Below are positions 59,402 through 64,000 of a DNA stretch of 64,000 nt, one piece after another. How positions within the stretch are numbered: the first letter of the stretch is position 1; each line of letters begins with the position of its first letter. Source of the DNA: Eremomyces bilateralis CBS 781.70 (Eukaryota); NCBI GenBank assembly GCA_010015585.1, contig ML975161.1; one strand, 5' to 3'. The notes beneath the pieces were generated by a model. That model saw only the letters and a program-made list of their open reading frames with translations. It ran no database searches and was not told where the DNA came from. The translations under genes and the position numbers were made by a program.

Positions 59402-61765
59402 ATGGAATCTTCCGAAGAACGTCCGAGTAAAAGAGCGCGGCTCGATACTCAGGATGGCAATGGGAATGCGCCCGCCCCCAAATTCGATGCCAATGCGCAA
59501 GTGACGGATGAGATGCGATCGGGCATAACAGCCTATGTTAGCCCTGATCGACGAGGATTCTCTGGGATTCTCAAGCAAAGGTATGGGAAGTGTCCAGATA
59601 GCTTTGTTAATGCTTACGGATTCTAAGGTATACGGACTTCTTAGTGAATGAGATTCAGTTATCTGGAGAGGTTCTGCATTTGGATAGCGTCGATTACTCC
59701 CGTCCTAAATCGAATGTGCCACCTCCTGCAACAGATGCACCGATTCCTCATGCAAAGAATGGTGAGAATTCAGGTCAAGAAGTAGCCAAGGAGGAGGAAA
59801 CACCTGAGGACCCGATCCAGCAAGCCCCGAAGGAACAACCTGTGGACGATGCGGGTGCCTCTGGCGCCGATGGTCAGGTATGTGGTGATCTGTCTGTCAA
59901 TTGGCTCTGAATACTGACAAAAGAAGGTCACGGCGGAGGATGTTGCGACCCTAGAGAACATCTTCGGCAAATCTTGTGTGGATAGTATGTTGGAGCTTTA
60001 CCAAAACGTTCTCCAGAATCCCACAAAGAAAGCCCGCGACTTCAAATCGTTCACTTCGCCCTCCATCGAGGACAAAGAGAAGCGTACTTGCGCCCACCAA
60101 GCCGTCCGTCGCATCCTCCACTCGAAACTCAATACCGTAACTACGGACTCCAATACGATCAAAATATCGGCGGGCCCTTCGAATCGCGGAAACGATGCGC
60201 GCTCCACCCAAGGAAACGGGCAGGCGGGCAGGAAACGGTCCGGAAAACTAGACTGGGAAGAGCTTGGGGGTCAATTTCTGCACTTCACGCTGTACAAGGA
60301 AAACAAGGACACAATGGAGTCATTGTATTTCCTGGCCAGTCAAATGAAGATGCAAGTCAAAAGCTTTGGATTCGCGGGGACGAAGGACCGCCGAGCCGTC
60401 TCCGTCCAAAGAGTCAGCGTGTACCGAGTTCAAGCGGAGCGATTGGCGGGCATTGGGAAACGACTCCGCAATGCGAAAGTCGGGGGTTTTGAATATCACC
60501 CACATCAACTGAACCTCGGCGATCTTCAAGGGAATGAGTTCGTGATCACGCTACGCGATTCTCATTTCCCAGGCGAAGATGATCTCACACCGGAGAAACG
60601 GTTGGAATATGCCAATGAGGTCGTCTCTGAGGCTGTCGCAGCGTTCAAAGGGAAAGGATTTCTCAATTACTACGGCTTGCAGCGCTTTGGTTCGTTCGCT
60701 GTGCGTACCGACGAAGTGGGGTTGAAGCTCCTTCAGGAGGATTTGAAAGGGGCTATTGATCTAATCCTCACGTACAATCATGATATACTCCCGAAGGAAT
60801 CCGAGACCGAGCAGCCAGCCGACGAGTCAAATACTGGGGCCACAAAAGCGCCCCTGGTGTCTTCGGATGATGTAGCCAGAGCTCGAGCGATCTACGTTTG
60901 GGAAACTACGCAATCAGCGGACGAGGCGATTCGAATCATGCCTCGCAAGTTTGCGGCAGAGTCCAATATCATCAGGCATCTTGGGTTCAAGGACAGACGG
61001 TCCGGCAAGCAGGATCGCTTGGCCGATTATCAGGGGGCTCTCGGATCCATCAGTAGGGGTTTGCGACTTATGTACGTCCATGCGTATCAGAGCCTTGTGT
61101 GGAACCATGTCGCTACGCGCCGATGGGAGCGATTCCAAGACGGCGTCGTAGAAGGCGACCTGGTGCTGGTCGAGAAGGCGGCTCAAATGGAGAAGGGTAC
61201 GCTAGACGACGCTGGCGAAGTCGTCGTCCAACCTGATATGACTGATCGCGCAGCGGACGAAGAGGACCAGCACACGCGTGCCCGCCCGTTAAGCAAGGAG
61301 GAAGCCGAGAGCGGCAAATTCTCTGTGTTTGATGTCGTCCTTCCTTTACCGGGATTCGACATCCTTTACCCCGCGAACGAAATTGGCGACTACTACAAGG
61401 AGTTCATGGGAAGCGAGAAGGGCGGTGGAATTGATCCCTACGACATGCGAAGGAAGTGGAAAGATATTAGTTTGAGTGGCAGTTATCGCAAGCTGCTGAG
61501 TCGTCCAGGGGTCGCAGAACATTCGGTGAAACGATACAGCCATCCGGACGAGCAACTCGTGGAAACGGATTGGGAGAGGCTGCAAAAGAAGGGTGCGGCC
61601 GGCAGCCAAGCGGAGGAGGCGAAGGAAGGGTCAGGCTCGGGAGACAATATCGCAGTGATTTTGAAGCTGCAGCTTGGTTCTAGCCAGTACGCAACAATGG
61701 CGCTGCGCGAACTGATGAAAGCGTATGGGGTTCAAACTTTCAAACCAGAATATGGTGGCCGCTAA
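59402..61765 (+). CDS. PUS7: TruD-family pseudouridine synthase Pus7; introns 59581-59627, 59878-59926
   Basis: GFSGILKQRYTDFLVNEI, HFTLYKENKDT, AGTKDRRAVSVQ (catalytic Asp), LGDLQGNEFVITLR, GFLNYYGLQRFG, MYVHAYQSLVWN, LSGSYRK, SQYATMALREL. Confidence 0.97.
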
Positions 61766-62392
61766 ACGACCTCCCTTGATGGATCACAGAAACCGCCACA
61801 GCTGGATCCAGTCCGGCTGGGTTGGCTGAAACATTTGCTAGGCAGCTGAATGTTACACAAAGAACTCAGTCACACTTACGAGCGCAAAATTTTCAACGCC
61901 GGACTCTTTGTTAAGCGCTCTGGTACGACCGTCGCGTCGGATGCAGATGGTGACCTTGACGGCTCCGTTGGTTGGTTGAAGCGCTCTCCAGGATGTTTTG
62001 AAACAATCCGGAATCTACTCCAAACACCAATCCTCCCATTCCCACAGGACACTTCCAAACTTCCGGAATGAGACCATCGTTCGTAGAAATACTCCTTGAT
62101 ATCCTGTAAGGGATGGGAAATAAGTGCTCTCCCTTTCTTTATTCTCGAGATTTTTTGATGAGTCGCTCCTTTGTGCAGTGATGATTTCCGACAAGTGGCG
62201 AATATTCCTCTCTTCACTCACCTGTTGACACCACGCCAATTATATATACACTCTTTTTGCTCTCGAGACTTTTTTTCTTCATCAGTCATTCCTTTGTCTC
62301 CGTGTTAGGATTTGTTCTCGATTTAAGAATCGAACCGAGCCAAAACATTCCCTCCTTTGCACCATTATACACTGTACCTGGAGTACGCAGTC

Positions 62393-63622
62393 ATGATGAA
62401 GAACCTTCTCATTCTACTTCCTTCCTTACTGGCATATGTGGAAGCACACATGCACCTCGATGTAGGATCTTTCATCCGGCGCTGAGCCGAATCCACTGAC
62501 TTCTATAGTATCCTCCGTCTTTGAATGCGGCCAACAATCCTTTCACAGAAGGTGCTGGTGATCCACACCCAGACTATCCTTACAACTGCTGTGGCATGAA
62601 ACATGAGTATCCATGTAAAGGACAGTTGAAACTCCTCGGTACCCCGGCAGGCCGGGCCGTCGCCACGTGGAAACCAGGGTCCACCCAGCACTGGAACATG
62701 ACCGGACAATGTACGTAGGATGAACGCCCTGCGTCGATCATGATATGTTGAAGAGGTGCTAATATACAGACCAGCAAATCATTATGGAGGAAGCTGTGGG
62801 TGCCCATCAACCCATAATGTGATGTCCATCGTCTCACTGTTACAGGCCAAATCGGATTTTCGGTCGATAAGGGGAAGACATTCCGTGTTGTCAAGAGCTA
62901 TGAAGGCAGTTGTCCGCATCGGAACGAAGACGACGATCAGAATTTTGACTTTGTGGTTCCAACGGATCTTCCAGCGGGGGACGTCCTGTTCGCTTGGAGT
63001 TGGACGAACCGCGAACAAGAGGTAAGCATGATGTGGCCTTATTGAACGAAGATACTAAAGCGACCAGCTCAATATGAATTGCGCAGCTATCAGCATCGAG
63101 AGTGATAGTGGAGAAGGCGCTCCACTACCAAGTACCTCCCAAGCACTGGAACCTCAACCAACCGCACCCGCGTCCCCCGTTCTTTCGCAACCTGAAGACC
63201 CGCCGGCACAGTCACTCCCGTCGAAGCCACTGGCCTCGCAGCCACCGACCTCAGAGCCACCAACCTCGGAGGGAGAAGGTCCACATTACGAAATGGATGG
63301 ATGCACCTGCAACTGCGAAGGCGGTACGTCCGATACGTCCGACGGAGGAATCCTGCTCTCCTCGTGCTATTGTTACTGCTCCGAGATGCCACCAGTGCGG
63401 GGACGTGAACCGCGGACGCGCCCAAGGACCAAGCACCATTGGAAGCGGGCCGGAACCACTGTGGCGTTTAGTAACCGACCCGAGATGCTTGCTGTCAATG
63501 TCGGCAATGGATGCACCAGCCCCAGGGAGAATGCAGAGCTGAAGTATCCGAATCCAGGCCCCGATGTGGTGGAAGGTGATGGGGAATATCCGCTGGAACT
63601 TCCCCAAGGGAACTGCGTATGA
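62393..63622 (+). CDS. Secreted AA11-like lytic polysaccharide monooxygenase; introns about 62462-62508, 62711-62774, 62796-62845, 63022-63067
   Basis: Signal peptide ending VEA followed by His1 (HMHL), YPCKG, NHYGGSCQIGFS, SYEGSCP, FAWSWTNREQELNMNCA, C-terminal RPEMLAVNVGNGC..KYPNPG; TATATATA at about 62240. Confidence 0.8.
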
Positions 63623-63710
63623 AAAGCACGGTCGAACGATGTGAACGAATTGAAATGAAGGGTTTGATTTGCTTCTTGTATAGTACATATCTACTACATC
63701 CAGAACGTCA

Positions 63711-64000
63711 TCACGCGGGCCTCCCATACTCATTCGTGTTAAAAGTGGAATCCTGCTCCCAATCACGGTCGACATCAAACTCCTCCCATCCCGCCTTCCG
63801 CCAGCTCCCACTTTTCCCCCCATCCTTTGCAACTAGATGGATATTCCGCATTGACATCTCCTTATCCACCGCCTTCAGCATGTCGATGATCCCCAAACAC
63901 GCACCCGTCACCGCGCTCAATGCCTCCATCTCCACCCCCGTGACCCCCACCGTCTCGCACCGCGCCCGCACCAGGATACTGGCTGGGGAATTCTCCCGCT
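63711..64000 (-). CDS. moaC: MoaC domain (cyclic pyranopterin monophosphate synthase), 3' part only
   Basis: [37 protein letters not shown] signature; gene runs off the window end. Confidence 0.9.
   Translation of the reverse strand, partial: RENSPASILVRARCETVGVTGVEMEALSAVTGACLGIIDMLKAVDKEMSMRNIHLVAKDGGKSGSWRKAGWEEFDVDRDWEQDSTFNTNEYGRPA

Overview
Intron-rich, gene-dense nuclear DNA of a filamentous ascomycete (Pezizomycotina; GT-AG introns of mostly 43-85 nt with CTRAC/CTAAT branch sites). I can reconstruct about 23 apparently intact spliced genes, mostly conserved housekeeping: RET2, APC4, OSGIN-like flavoprotein, ARL3, GTR2, cytochrome-b5-like MAPR protein, RPS25, App1-type phosphatase, ALDH, RCM1, LSB6, Rad5/HLTF-like SNF2-RING helicase, IRC3, RRN5, AAA+ ATPase, SRPBCC protein, histidine acid phosphatase, PPR protein, PUS7, AA11-like LPMO, and the 3' end of a MoaC-domain gene. 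Several spacers hold decayed genes that the ORF track fragments or misses (8.7-9.7, 10.5-12.9, 16.1-17.0, 25.2-25.9 and 36.2-36.7 kb). The most unusual DNA-level structures are (i) a 653-bp fold-back at 19805-20457 with 167-bp arms (164/167 identical), a T-depleted spacer and no clear long target duplication, (ii) a 212-bp insert flanked by a perfect 17-bp direct repeat, with a 3' stem-loop and A-rich tail (LINE/SINE-like footprint, 27422-27667), and (iii) a possible ~1.1-kb first intron in GTR2. Protein-level oddities are a ~177-aa insertion splitting the Myb/SANT-like module of Rrn5 and an AA11-like LPMO lacking the axial Tyr. No rRNA, tRNA, CRISPR or intact transposase was found. All family calls come from motif recognition by eye; no database search was run.
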